In this document: in pieces, positions 32,493 through 43,015 of the stretch | How the letters are laid out: every line of letters starts with the position of its first letter | Position numbering within the stretch: the first letter of the stretch is position 1 | Origin: an uncultured delta proteobacterium | GTDB lineage: Bacteria; Desulfobacterota; Syntrophorhabdia; Syntrophorhabdales; WCHB1-27 | Assembly (NCBI GenBank): GCA_963810935.1 | Contig: CAWEPK010000012.1 | Coordinates: forward strand, 320,001 to 384,000 | Direction of reading: 5' to 3' | Length of the DNA stretch: 64,000 bases | Notes under the pieces: generated by a model | The model's database searches: none | What the model saw: the letters and a program-made list of their open reading frames with translations, nothing else | Told to the model about the DNA's origin: nothing | Translations under genes and position numbers: made by a program

Positions 32493-33795
32493 CTATCCCA
32501 GAGCCTTCTCGATGCCTGCGCGCCATTCTGCGATGGCCGCGAGAGCGCCTGCCGCAACCTTGTCTTTCTTTCGCTTGTCGTATCCTTCGAGGAGGCCGAA
32601 GTTGACATTCATCGGTTGGAAGTCCTTGCGCTCCGTCCCGATGTAGCGGTAGAGCGCGCCCGTGCACGTAGTGGGAGGGGGCGGCACGAATTCCACGTTG
32701 CGAGTGAAACAAAGGGCGTCGATGCCGGCAAGTAACCCCATCGCCGTCGATTCTACGTAGCCCTCCACGCCGGTGATCTGCCCTGCGAAGATTATGCGGT
32801 TGTCGCCTTTCAGGTGCAGGCCGGAAAGCACGGCAGGCGCGTTGATGAAGGTGTTGCGGTGGATGCTGCCGTGCCTGAAGTAGCGCGCATTGCGGAGCGC
32901 AGGTATCAATCCGAATACCCTCTCCTGTTCGGGGTAGGTGAGCTTCGTCTGGAAGCCGACCATGTTGTACATCGTCCCTGCCGCGTCCTCGCGCCGCAAC
33001 TGCAAAACCGCGTGCGGGAATGCCCCGGTGCGGGGGTCGCGCAGGCCGACGGGCTTCATCGGGCCGAAAAGGAGCGTCTGTTTGCCTCTCTCCGCCATGA
33101 CCTCTATGGGCAGGCAGCCCTCGAAATAAGGGGTCCCTTCGAACTCCTTTGTTTCGACGCGCGCCGCGCTGCACAGGGCGTCGTAAAAGGCGTCGTACTC
33201 CTCGCGGGTCATCGGGCAGTTGAGGTAATCGCCGCCCTCCGCATCTTGCGCGACGTAGCGCGAAGCGAAAAAGGCCGACTGCATGTCGATGCTGTCTGAT
33301 TCGATGATAGGCGAGATTGCGTCGAAGAAATGGAGGTTCGCGCCGCCGGTCAGGACAGCGAGCTTTTCTGCCAGGGCAGGCGACGTGAGCGGGCCGGTGG
33401 CGACCACGATAACCCCCTCAGCCGGCAGGTCCGTTATCTCTTCGCGGACGACCCTTATGCGGGAGCTTTCGCGTATCGCTTCCGTGACGCTTCGCGCCGA
33501 AGGTCGTTCGGTCGACGACGAGCGCCTTGCCGCCTGGTATGGCGCAGCCGTCGGCAGCCTCCATAATGAGGGAGCCGAGCACCCGCAATTCCGCCTTAAG
33601 GAGGCCGTGCGCGTTCCCCGGCTCGTTCGACTTCAATGAGTTGGAGCAGACCATCTCGGCGAGGAGGTCCGTCTTATGGGCAGGCGTATTCGACGCGGGG
33701 CGCATCTCGTAGAGCACCGCGGACGCGCCCATGCGGGCTATCCGGAAAACGGCCTCGCTCCCTGCCAGGCCGCCGCCTATGACTGTGATTTCCAC
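32493..33795 (-). CDS. trmFO: tRNA (uracil-54) methyltransferase TrmFO; 1-nt frameshift near 33499
   Basis: VIGGGLAGSE, VCSNSLKS, FFDAISP, YFEGCLPIE, AGQITGVEGYVES, FQPMNVNFG. Confidence 0.93.
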
Positions 33796-36011
33796 CCGCA
33801 GCCCTTTCGCAGGCAGCTTGGCCCGCGTCCCCTGAATGTAAAAAGAACAGTCGCGCCGCACGCGGGGCACTCACCCTCTTTCGGCTGGAAGCTCGTTGCA
33901 AATGAGCAATCCGGGTAGCGCGAGCACCCGTAGAATTTCTTCCTCTTCTTTGAGATGCGCTCGACAAGCTCCCCCGTGCAACCTTCCTCCGGGCACTTGA
34001 GCCCCATGGTGAAGGGGCGCGTGTACTTGCATTCAGGGTAGTTGCTGCACGCGATGAAGCGGCCGAACTTGCCGCTTTTCTCGACGAGCGTGCCCGCGCA
34101 CTGCGGGCAGGTCCCGTGGGTGACCTCTTGAACCACCTCGATCTTGCCGTCCTTATCGACGAGTACGTTCTTCGTGTTCTTGCAGTCCGGGCGGCCGCTG
34201 CAAACGAGGTATTCACCGTTCTTGCCCCAGCGCAGGACCATGTTCTTCCCGCACTTCTCACATACGATCGAGGTCTCTTTCTCCTCGGCCTTCAGGTTCT
34301 TCATCTGCTTCTTAGCGGAGCCCATCTCCTCCTTGAAGACGCCGTAGAACTCATCGAGGGATGCGACCCAGTCTTTTTTGTCGTCTTCGATCCGGTCGAG
34401 CCCCTCTTCGAGGCGCGCCGTGAAATCGACGTCGATCACCCTGGGGAAGAATTCCGTAAGGAGCCCGTTGACCGTCCTGCCGAGGGGTACGGGGATAAGG
34501 CTACCCCGGTCCTTGTGGACGTAGCCGCGCTCCTGGATCGTGCTGACGGTGGTTGCGTACGTCGAGGGCCGGCCGATGCCCTTAGCCTCGAGCGTCTTGA
34601 TCAGCGTCGCCTCCGAGTAGCGCGGAGGGGGGCTGGTGAAGTGCTGGTCGGCATCCAGGTGCTTACAGATAAGGGCATCGCCCTGCGACATATCGGGGAG
34701 ATAGGTGCGCTCGTCTTCGCGCTTATCCGACTCGTAGACGCGCGTGAACCCGTCGAAGACGACCTTCGACCCGCGCGCGACGAACGTGTAAGGCGCGGCG
34801 CCCTTTTTGCCGCCTGCCGCTATCTCGGCGTTGCGCAGGTGGAGCCTCTCCCTCGCCATCTGGGACGCGATGAAGCGCCGCCAGATAATCTCGTAGAGGG
34901 CGAACATGTCTTTATCGAGGTGCGACTTCAGTTTCTCGGGGGTGAGCTTGACGTCCGTCGGCCGGATGGCCTCGTGCGCGTCCTGCGCCGTCTTGCTGTT
35001 CGAGAAGACGTTCGGCTTCGCAGGCAGGTAGGTCTCCCCGTAAGCGCCGGCGATGAGCTTCCTCGCGTCCGCCAGCGCCTCGCTCGATATGCGGACGGAG
35101 TCGGTCCGCATGTACGTGATGAGGCCCGTCACGGCCCCCTTGCCGACCTCGACGCCCTCGAAGAGCTTCTGCGCCAGCAGCATCGTCTTCTTCGGCGAGA
35201 AGCGAAGGCGCGCCGAAGCGTCCTGCTGCAGCGTGCTCGTTTTATAGGGCGGGTACGGCGTGGCGAAGCGCTCCTTCTCTTCGACGGAGGCAACCGTAAA
35301 TTTGCCGTCCTTCAGGGCGCTCCTGATTTTTTCCGCCTCTTCCTCCGTCCCTATGCGCGTCTTCGCGCCGTCGATCTTCTCTAATTTCGCCCTTATTTTT
35401 TCGCCGCTCGCAAGCGTAAGCTCCGCTTCGACGGTCCAGTATTCTTCCTTTACAAAGGCGTCTATCTCGTCTTCCCTTTCGCAGACGAGTTTCAGCGCGA
35501 CCGACTGCACCCTGCCCGCGGAAAGGCCGTACTTCACCCTCTCCCACAAAAGCGGGCTTATCTCGTACCCGACGAGCCTGTCAAGGATTCGCCTGGCCTT
35601 CTGGGCGTCGTACTTCGCCTCGTCGAGCTTCTGCGGCGATTTCATCGCCTCCAGCACCGCTTTTTTGGTGATCTCGTTGAAAAGGACCCTCTGCACGGGC
35701 GCGCCTTTCCCTTTAGCGATCTCCTCCGCCACGTGGAACGCAATGGCCTCCCCTTCCCTGTCGGGGTCCGACCCTATGAAGACCCTGTCCGCCTCCTTGC
35801 TCGCCTTCTTGATATCCGCGACGATCTTAGCCTTGCCCTTGACCACGGTGAAGTTCGGAGCAAAGCCGTTCTCCACGTCCACGCCCATCTTGCTCTTCGG
35901 CAGGTCTTTGATGTGCCCGTAGGTGGCCCTGATTATATAATCCTTCCCCAGGAATTTGGAGAGCGTCTTCATTTTCGTCGGGGATTCGACGACCAATAGG
36001 GATTTTGACAT
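33777..36011 (-). CDS. topA: DNA topoisomerase I
   Basis: VESPTK, DPDREGE, SAGRVQS, ITYMRTDS, Zn ribbons. Confidence 0.98.
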   Translation of the reverse strand: MSKSLLVVESPTKMKTLSKFLGKDYIIRATYGHIKDLPKSKMGVDVENGFAPNFTVVKGKAKIVADIKKASKEADRVFIGSDPDREGEAIAFHVAEEIAKGKGAPVQRVLFNEITKKAVLEAMKSPQKLDEAKYDAQKARRILDRLVGYEISPLLWERVKYGLSAGRVQSVALKLVCEREDEIDAFVKEEYWTVEAELTLASGEKIRAKLEKIDGAKTRIGTEEEAEKIRSALKDGKFTVASVEEKERFATPYPPYKTSTLQQDASARLRFSPKKTMLLAQKLFEGVEVGKGAVTGLITYMRTDSVRISSEALADARKLIAGAYGETYLPAKPNVFSNSKTAQDAHEAIRPTDVKLTPEKLKSHLDKDMFALYEIIWRRFIASQMARERLHLRNAEIAAGGKKGAAPYTFVARGSKVVFDGFTRVYESDKREDERTYLPDMSQGDALICKHLDADQHFTSPPPRYSEATLIKTLEAKGIGRPSTYATTVSTIQERGYVHKDRGSLIPVPLGRTVNGLLTEFFPRVIDVDFTARLEEGLDRIEDDKKDWVASLDEFYGVFKEEMGSAKKQMKNLKAEEKETSIVCEKCGKNMVLRWGKNGEYLVCSGRPDCKNTKNVLVDKDGKIEVVQEVTHGTCPQCAGTLVEKSGKFGRFIACSNYPECKYTRPFTMGLKCPEEGCTGELVERISKKRKKFYGCSRYPDCSFATSFQPKEGECPACGATVLFTFRGRGPSCLRKGCGWKSQS

Positions 36012-37087
36012 TAAACCTTCCTTATGTAGAATCCGCCGGGCATCGACTGCACGACGTTTTTCATCTCCAGCATAGTCAGGGCGGCCATGACGCGCCGCGT
36101 CTCGAAACCGGTCTGCTCTATTATCTCATCGACGTGGACCCGCCCCCGGCTCAACAACCTGAAAATATAATCCTCATCGCCCGTTAGATCAATAGCGGGG
36201 TCCTTTCCGGGCGCGCCGCTCTCTGCGATACGCGCAAGCTCCGGGAAGCAGCAGGAGAGGATATCGCCTACCTCCTCTACGAGCTGCGCGCCTTTTTTGA
36301 TGAGGTTATTCGCGCCCTGGTGCCCCTCTTCGAAGACGGCCCCCGGCACGGCCAGCACCTCGCGCCCGTATTCCAGGGCGAGCCGTGCGGTGATGAGGGA
36401 ACCGCTCCTGCGCGACGCCTCGACAACGAGCACGCCCTTCGAAAGCCCGGCAATGATCCGGTTCCTCTCCGGGAAGTTCGACGGGTACGGCCGCGTGCCC
36501 GGCGCGTATTCCGTGACTATCGCGCCCTCCCCTCCCATCGCGTCGAAAAGCGCCTTATTCTCAGAAGGATAGCAGATATCGACGCCGCAGCCAAGGACGC
36601 CTATGGTCTTGCCCTTTCCCTTCAGCGCGCCCCTGTGGGCCGCAGCGTCGATGCCCCTGGCAAGTCCGCTTATAACGCAGACACCCGCAGACGCAAGCGC
36701 TTCGCCGGCGTTTTCCGCGAGCGCCATCCCTTCGAAGCTCGCCTTCCTCGCGCCGACAATCGCAAACGCGTATTGCGGAAAGGGGAGCGGGCCTTTCTTG
36801 TACAGGACGACGGGCGCGTCGGGGGCCTGCGCCAGAAGCGGCGGATAGGCCGCGTCCTTTATCGTGAGAATCTCTACTCCCGACTTCCGTGAGGCGGCGA
36901 GGTCTTTCTCTATCGACGCGAAATTTTTGAAGGCCCCGATCGCGGCGTTGCAGGCCGCATCTTCCGTCCGCTCCCTGCCCTCGAATATTGCGGACAGGCG
37001 GGCCGTGTCTGCGGCAAGGGCCTTCTTCGTCGCTGCATGGATGCCCTTCACCCTCGACAGGGCGAGCAGCGCCGTGCGGCCGTCCAT
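36011..37087 (-). CDS. dprA: DNA-processing protein DprA
   Basis: SGLARGIDAAAH, FPERNRII, SGSLITA. Confidence 0.96.
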   Translation of the reverse strand: MDGRTALLALSRVKGIHAATKKALAADTARLSAIFEGRERTEDAACNAAIGAFKNFASIEKDLAASRKSGVEILTIKDAAYPPLLAQAPDAPVVLYKKGPLPFPQYAFAIVGARKASFEGMALAENAGEALASAGVCVISGLARGIDAAAHRGALKGKGKTIGVLGCGVDICYPSENKALFDAMGGEGAIVTEYAPGTRPYPSNFPERNRIIAGLSKGVLVVEASRRSGSLITARLALEYGREVLAVPGAVFEEGHQGANNLIKKGAQLVEEVGDILSCCFPELARIAESGAPGKDPAIDLTGDEDYIFRLLSRGRVHVDEIIEQTGFETRRVMAALTMLEMKNVVQSMPGGFYIRKV

Positions 37088-37088
37088 G

Positions 37089-37760
37089 TCAGCGGGCCGC
37101 CGGCTGCGGCGCCTTCGTTGAGTCCTCTTTGCTTCCCGTCATGCTCCTGCCCCAGAGCACGGCTGTCCTCAAAAGCTCTTTCTCCATCAACGTGCGCGAG
37201 AGGTCGTCGCGCCACCATTTGTCGAGCTTGAAATAGGAGACGCGGGCAGGCTTGATGAGGACTATCGGGTCGCCCGACTCCGTCGCGTAAAGCATCTGGA
37301 ATCGCTTCGAGGCGTAGTCCGGGGCAATGACGATCAGCTTTTTAACCCCCTGCTTCGCAAATGCCTGCCGCGCGGTGCGCGCCTTTGCAGCATCATCGCC
37401 CTCGAGGTCGATGCCGCGCACTGCGTTCGCGTCCTTGATGCCCCTCTCCTTCGCCATCCTCGCAACCATGTCCTTGATCGTAAAGCCGAAGACGCGGTCG
37501 TTTTCCACCCAGATGACCTTGGCGTTCCCCGCCCAATATTCCCTGAATGCCTCCGCGTAAAGCTCGCCGTCCTTGTCCTCTGCGAAGCGGGGCACGAAAA
37601 TCGCGTCGGAGCGCACTATCTTGTCTTCGTGCCGCAGGCGGCCCGCTATGATCTTGAGTGACAACGGATGGACCAGGGCGCCGGCGGCGATCATGCAGAA
37701 GACCAGCACAAACAGCAGGCACCCGCATCCCGCCTTCCCCTTCTGAGCCTTTCCCATCAA
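37089..37760 (-). CDS. Membrane-anchored YdcF/DUF218-like protein
   Basis: N-terminal TM, SDAIFV, KKLIVIAPDYASKR, KWWRD. Confidence 0.5.
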   Translation of the reverse strand: MMGKAQKGKAGCGCLLFVLVFCMIAAGALVHPLSLKIIAGRLRHEDKIVRSDAIFVPRFAEDKDGELYAEAFREYWAGNAKVIWVENDRVFGFTIKDMVARMAKERGIKDANAVRGIDLEGDDAAKARTARQAFAKQGVKKLIVIAPDYASKRFQMLYATESGDPIVLIKPARVSYFKLDKWWRDDLSRTLMEKELLRTAVLWGRSMTGSKEDSTKAPQPAAR

Positions 37761-37810
37761 TCCTCCTTCAGCGTAACTTGAACCTGCAACAACCCCGGCA
37801 CGGACGCCTG

Positions 37811-38251
37811 TCAGTCCTTAACCACCATCGTGCCTGCAATGAGGTCGTGCCCTGCCCGCCCGCCGGTGAAAAGCGCCATCCAGAACCCCATCATGAACGG
37901 GACGGCCGATACGATATACCCGACTGTCCGCGCGAACGCCCGGCACATGGAGAGAGGCTCGCCGTCTGCGCGCTTTACCACCTTGATCCCGAAGAGCATC
38001 TTCCCGATTGTCCTTTCATCGCCGGCGGTAAGGTACGTGAAATAGAAAAAGAAGAGGAAGAGCTTGAACAGGCCGACCAGCGGCACCAGGAAATACATGG
38101 AGGCAACCGTCTCGCCCCATGGCCTGCCTGGCTCCGTGCCGATGAACGCCCCGACAGCGCCCGCCGCAAATAAAAGGGCGGAGACGCATCCGAGGAAAAT
38201 GAGATCGACAAGAAGCGCGAGGAGCCTGGTTACGACGGATGCCTTTTTCAT
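37811..38251 (-). CDS. RDD-family membrane protein
   Basis: RLLALLVD, TIGKMLFGIKVV, HDLIAGT. Confidence 0.9.
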   Translation of the reverse strand: MKKASVVTRLLALLVDLIFLGCVSALLFAAGAVGAFIGTEPGRPWGETVASMYFLVPLVGLFKLFLFFFYFTYLTAGDERTIGKMLFGIKVVKRADGEPLSMCRAFARTVGYIVSAVPFMMGFWMALFTGGRAGHDLIAGTMVVKD

Positions 38252-38984
38252 CGCATGTTGAACTCGTAAAAGATTATCGAGAGGACCACGAGCGGCGTAG
38301 TCTCGCTCCGCAGTATATTCTCACCCAGCGTGCACGGGGTAAAGCCGTTCTCCGTGAACCACTGCACCTCTTCTTCTTCTATGCCGCCTTCGGGGCCGAT
38401 GGCAACGCAGACCTCGCCGTTCTTCTGCGTGCCGACCACGTCCTTCAGGGTCGTGCTCTTCTCGCGCTCGTAGAGCAGCCAGCGGCTTTCCGACCCGTTC
38501 ACGTACGGCAGGATGCCGCGCAGCGGCGTGGGAGGCCCGACTCCGGCACCGAGAACCTGCCAGACTGGCGGGAAGCCTCGATCATGATGCGCTTCCAGCG
38601 CTCGCACCGCTGTGACTCCTCGTCCTGGAACTTGACCACGGTCCTCCTGAAGATCGTAGGCAGGATGCGGTCCGCGCCCAGCTCCGTCGCCTTCTCGATC
38701 AGCCAGTCCATCCTCGGGCCCTTGATGGGGCTCACGAGGAGCGTGACCTTCGTCTTCTTTTCGTCGGGATGGTGAACGACGTCCACCACGTGCAGGTAGA
38801 TCTCCTTACCCTTAACGCTGTGCATGGTGCAGCGGTAGAGATACCCCTTGCCGTCCATGACGTCGAGGCGTTCTCCGGGCGTCTTCCTGAGGACGGTGAG
38901 GATATACTTGCAATTCGGCCCGGTCACCAGGACCATGCCGTTCTTCATCTTCAGCTTGTCAACGAAGACCCTTCTTACTTCCAT
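38248..38984 (-). CDS. rsmE: 16S rRNA m3U1498 methyltransferase RsmE; 1-nt frameshift near 38541
   Basis: IEKATELG and EASRQSGR in one frame; IGPEGG and LGENILRSET in the other. Confidence 0.92.
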
Positions 38985-38987
38985 GAA

Positions 38988-39944
38988 TCACCTTTCCGGA
39001 ATTTTGTAGAAGCGGGACTCGTAGAGCTTGTGGAATTGGCTCCATTTCTCGTCTTCCATGGCCGCCTCCATGTGCTCCTTCACCCCCATCGCCTTTGCGT
39101 CCAGGTTGTCGATATAGTGTACCACCAATGCCTCCACGCACATAGGCTTCTTGGGGGAGCCCCATTCGGCCACGCCATGGTGGGAAAGGATGATGTGCTT
39201 CATAACGTCGGACAGGTACGCGGGAAAGCCGTCAACGGCCGAGGCGAGGTCGTCTATCATCACAACCCCGAGGGTGATGTGGCCGAGGAGCCTTCCCTGG
39301 TCGGAATAACGGAAAGAACCTTCGGACAGCTCAAGCTCCACGGTCTTGCCTATGTCGTGGAGGAGGCCGCCCGCTGCTATGATGTCCGCGTCGCCCCCGG
39401 TGAACGCGGCCGCCTGCCTGCCCAGCTCCGCAACGGCAACGGAATGCTCGAGCAGCCCGCCGACTGCCATGTGGTGGACGCCCAACGATGCGGGGAAGAG
39501 AAAAAAGCGGTCGAGGACGTCCTGCTTCTTTTTAAGCTCTTCGAAAAAGCGGGCGAGATATGGATTGCGGATGCCCGCCGTGATTGCATGGAAGCGCTCC
39601 TTGAGGGGCGCGATGCCGGATGGCGTCTCCGGATAAAAATCCATAATGTCCGCGGGCGCGAGGCTGCGCGCTTCTTTCCTGATGCCCGTCACGCTGAGCT
39701 GGAGCGCGCCCTGGTAGCTTTTGGCTTTCGACTCGACGTAAACGATGTCGCTTTTTTCGAAGCAGGCGCAAAGCTCATCGACCCTGTCCCATATCCGCGC
39801 TTCTATCGACCCGGTCTTGTCCCTAAGGCGTATGCTCCCGTACTTCGCGCCGTTTTTGGCGGAGTATATCGCCTTTTTGACCACCAGGAAATAATCTTTT
39901 ACATCCGCGTTGTTGCCGATGTCGCTAATGAATGTGCGCTTCAA
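38988..39944 (-). CDS. yhaM: OB-fold + HD 3'-5' exoribonuclease (YhaM/CBF1 family)
   Basis: LRDKTGSIEARIW, HH..GGLLEH, LLHDIGK, SHHG. Confidence 0.88.
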   Translation of the reverse strand: MKRTFISDIGNNADVKDYFLVVKKAIYSAKNGAKYGSIRLRDKTGSIEARIWDRVDELCACFEKSDIVYVESKAKSYQGALQLSVTGIRKEARSLAPADIMDFYPETPSGIAPLKERFHAITAGIRNPYLARFFEELKKKQDVLDRFFLFPASLGVHHMAVGGLLEHSVAVAELGRQAAAFTGGDADIIAAGGLLHDIGKTVELELSEGSFRYSDQGRLLGHITLGVVMIDDLASAVDGFPAYLSDVMKHIILSHHGVAEWGSPKKPMCVEALVVHYIDNLDAKAMGVKEHMEAAMEDEKWSQFHKLYESRFYKIPER

Positions 39945-39969
39945 GAGGGCTGCCCCCTTCTTCTGCTGC

Positions 39970-41277
39970 TCATTTTGATTCGCGGGCCTTCCGCGCCTTG
40001 TCCAGGAATGTATTTATAGTTCTTTCGTATCCCCTGTCCGTAGGATGGTAGTATTGCTTCTCTTTCAGGGGGTCCGGCAGATAGGTCTGTCCGACGAGCC
40101 CGCCCTCGTGGTCGTGCGGGTAGAGGTAATCGCGGCCGTAGCCCAGGTCCTCCATGAGCTTCGTCGGGGCGTTGCGTATATGCATGGGGACGGGGTACTC
40201 GGGGAGCTTATGGACGTCGGACGCAGCGTGGGCGTAGGCCGTGTAGATCGCGTTGCTTTTTTCCGCGCACGCGAGGTAGACGGCCGCCTGCGCGAGCGCC
40301 AGGTAGCCCTCCGGGGCCCCAAGGAAATTGAACGACTGCATGGCCGCCATGGATACGGCGAGGGCCTGCGGGTCCGCGTTGCCTATGTCCTCCGACGCGA
40401 AGCGCACCATGCGCCGCGCGATATAAAGCGGATCTTCGCCGCCCTCGATCATGCGCGCGAGCCAGTAGAGCGCCGCGTCCGGGTCGGAACCCCTCAGGCT
40501 CTTGTGGAGCGCGCTTATCAGGTCGTAGTGCATCTCGCCTTTCTTGTCGTAGACGAGCACGCGTTTCTGGTAGGCCTCCTGCACGGCTGCGTGGTCGATG
40601 ACGGGTGCGGCGGCCTTGCGCCTCGTCGCTATCGCATGGGCAGCCTCAAGCAAATTGAGGGCCTTCCGCGCGTCGCCGGTGACGAGCGAGGCGATCTCTT
40701 GCAGCGCCTTGCCCGCCACAGCCGCGCGGGACGCTGCAAGCACCTCGTCGCGCTCCAGGGCGCTCGTAAGTATAGTCGCGATCTCCTCTTCGGTCAGCGG
40801 CGAGAGCGTGAGCACCTTCATCCGCGACAAAAGCGGCGATATGATCTCGAACGACGGGTTCTCCGTCGTCGCGCCGATAAGCACTATCTCCCCGTTCTCG
40901 ACGTAAGGCAGGAATGTGTCCTGCTGGAGCTTATTGAACCTGTGGAACTCGTCGATGAACAGGAGCGTCCTGCGCATCTTCGACTTCTGAATGACTTCTT
41001 TGACTTCCTTGATGCCGATCGTGACTGCGCTTAAGGAGACGAAAGGCAGGCCGAGGCGCCTGCCTATGAGCCAGCCGAGGCTCGTCTTGCCTACGCCGGA
41101 CGGCCCCCAGAAGATCATAGAGGGGACGTCCTTGCTTTCGAGCATTACGCGGAGGAACTTGCCTTCGCCGAGCAGGTGCTCCTGCCCTACGAAGTCTTCG
41201 AGCTTCCTGGGTCGCACCCTGTCCGCCAGAGGCTTTTTGACCCTGGGGCCAGTGTCTTCGGTGTTGAACAGTTCCAT
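39970..41277 (-). CDS. rarA: Replication-associated recombination protein A
   Basis: PLADRVRP, DEFHRFNKLQQD, ATTENP, ISALHKSLRGSD. Confidence 0.96.
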   Translation of the reverse strand: MELFNTEDTGPRVKKPLADRVRPRKLEDFVGQEHLLGEGKFLRVMLESKDVPSMIFWGPSGVGKTSLGWLIGRRLGLPFVSLSAVTIGIKEVKEVIQKSKMRRTLLFIDEFHRFNKLQQDTFLPYVENGEIVLIGATTENPSFEIISPLLSRMKVLTLSPLTEEEIATILTSALERDEVLAASRAAVAGKALQEIASLVTGDARKALNLLEAAHAIATRRKAAAPVIDHAAVQEAYQKRVLVYDKKGEMHYDLISALHKSLRGSDPDAALYWLARMIEGGEDPLYIARRMVRFASEDIGNADPQALAVSMAAMQSFNFLGAPEGYLALAQAAVYLACAEKSNAIYTAYAHAASDVHKLPEYPVPMHIRNAPTKLMEDLGYGRDYLYPHDHEGGLVGQTYLPDPLKEKQYYHPTDRGYERTINTFLDKARKARESK

Positions 41278-41569
41278 AGCGATATAACTATATCATCCAA
41301 GTCAGCCCTGTTCAATAAGGAGCGAGTTGTGCGGAGAAAGGGGGCCTTGGCTCTTTTCGCGTTCGACCCACGCACTCTGTTGTGCGTGGGTGCCCCGGCC
41401 TGTCCCTCAAAGCAGCACGTCCTAACATACAGAAGGAGTATGCTCCGGGTGGCGGCTCCTCGGTCACAGCGCCCCCAGCCTCCCCGGAACCGCCGGTAGA
41501 CTCGTTCCTAGTCCCTATACCGTTCCGGAGAATTGACTCCCGTTTGATGTCCGCCGGCTCCTTTTCCTC

Positions 41570-41648
41570 CGTCATACCGGCGAAAGCCGGTATCCAGGTA
41601 TTTTCCAGGCTTGGAACGGTCTAGACCCTGGCGTTCGCCAGGATGACG
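41570..41648. repeat. Bipartite palindromic repeat (CGTCATnCCGG...ATCCA...ATGACG), family B
   Basis: Two internal hairpins within an outer CGTCAT/ATGACG inverted repeat; related copies at 45167-45230 and 58058-58136. Confidence 0.8.
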
Positions 41649-41683
41649 GCCGAGGAAATCGGTATTTAATTTTGCAAAACGCT

Positions 41684-42109
41684 CTAATGATGGGGGCTCG
41701 TCTTCGAATGCTCGTTCAGCTTTTCGAGCAGCAGCTCGTAGAGGGCGAGCAGCTCGTCGCCGGGGCCCATAGGAGAAGACCAGATGGCCGCTACGGCTTC
41801 GTCGGGGACGCCGTGCTCGCGGCACAGCAGGCGCGCCTGGTGCCATGTGGGGAGCCAGACCAGCTTACGATGGATCTGGTCCACCCCTCCCAGGGCCCGC
41901 GCGAAGATGCTCAGGTTGAGGATAAAATAGACATTGTTGGGCAGAGGGGTAAAGTCGATGAGAACGCCGCCGGCGTCCCAGGCGAAGCAGCCGACGTGGA
42001 CGAACCAGCGAAGGCCCGCTTCCTTCAGCCGGGCCGCCATCTCGCAGTGGCGCCTGTCGAAAGGGGTCGGCGCGTAATCTCTACTCTCGTCGAAGGGCTC
42101 TGGATGCAC
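41684..42109 (-). CDS. Hypothetical protein
   Basis: 141-aa ORF with a plausible RBS; LVWLPTWHQAR segment. Confidence 0.65.
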   Translation of the reverse strand: MHPEPFDESRDYAPTPFDRRHCEMAARLKEAGLRWFVHVGCFAWDAGGVLIDFTPLPNNVYFILNLSIFARALGGVDQIHRKLVWLPTWHQARLLCREHGVPDEAVAAIWSSPMGPGDELLALYELLLEKLNEHSKTSPHH

Positions 42110-42230
42110 CGGTCTACCTCACCCTATATTCCCTCAAAACGTGATGGAAGTAAAGGCCGCTTGTCAAACGGGGCTCCGTGTGCAATGATTGACCGGGCGG
42201 TAAGCCCGCAATATGCGGAAAGGGGGACGG

Positions 42231-42680
42231 ATGAAACAGAAATTGTCGGTCAGGCTCCTGCTGGCGGTCCTGATAATCGCAGCCGGCCCGGTTTATGCCG
42301 CCGATAGGGCCGTTGTTTCGACCGATAAAGCGCCGAAGGCCATCGGCCCTTACTCACAGGCCATCCGGTACGGAGACATGCTTTATGTCTCCGGCATGAT
42401 CCCGATCGACCCGAAAACGAATGAAGTATCGAGGGGAGATATCACGGCCCAGACGACGCTCGTGCTGGAGAACATACGGGCCGTAGTCGAGGCGGCGGGC
42501 TTCAGCATGAAGAACGTGCTGAAGGCAGAGGTCTTCCTGAAAGACCTTAAGGACCTGGCGGCGTATAACGGCGTCTACGCGCGGTACTTTCCCGGCGACC
42601 CGCCCGCCCGTGTCACGGTGCAGGCGGCGGCATTGCCGAATAACGTCCTCATCGAGATATCCGTGACCTGCGGGAAATAG
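42231..42680 (+). CDS. RidA/YjgF-family protein with N-terminal signal peptide
   Basis: APKAIGPYSQA, VSGMIP, PPARVTV, IEI; MKQKLSVRLLLAVLIIAAGPVYA leader. Confidence 0.9.
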   Translation: MKQKLSVRLLLAVLIIAAGPVYAADRAVVSTDKAPKAIGPYSQAIRYGDMLYVSGMIPIDPKTNEVSRGDITAQTTLVLENIRAVVEAAGFSMKNVLKAEVFLKDLKDLAAYNGVYARYFPGDPPARVTVQAAALPNNVLIEISVTCGK

Positions 42681-42716
42681 GCCCGTTCTATCGATATGCG
42701 CTTGCCCCGCCGGGGC

Positions 42717-43015
42717 TTATTCCGGCTCCGTCTGGTAGCCGGCCTTGACCCGGTCATACCACGCGCCCCTTATGCCGCCCTTCAGATAGCGAACTTTCTC
42801 GTAGCCCGCCTTCTCCAAACCTTGCGCCAAACTGACGCTCGTCGAGTCGTTCACTCAAGCGCGATAGAGGACGATTGTCTCGTCCTTCGGGTACTTATTA
42901 ATCAAGCAGCCGAACTTCATGCCCTCTTCCCGCACGGCCCCTTTGATCTTCACCTTGCTCGTCCCAATCATGGCTCGCCCTTACGTCGATGACGATTACA
43001 TTGGGGTCGCCCTTC
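42717..43015 (-). pseudogene. Degraded rhodanese-related (seleno)protein with in-frame UGA and SECIS-like hairpin
   Basis: IVIDVRASHDW, frameshift, then KIKGAVRE...IVLYRA(TGA)VNDSTS...YLKGG; no intact start. Confidence 0.7.
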
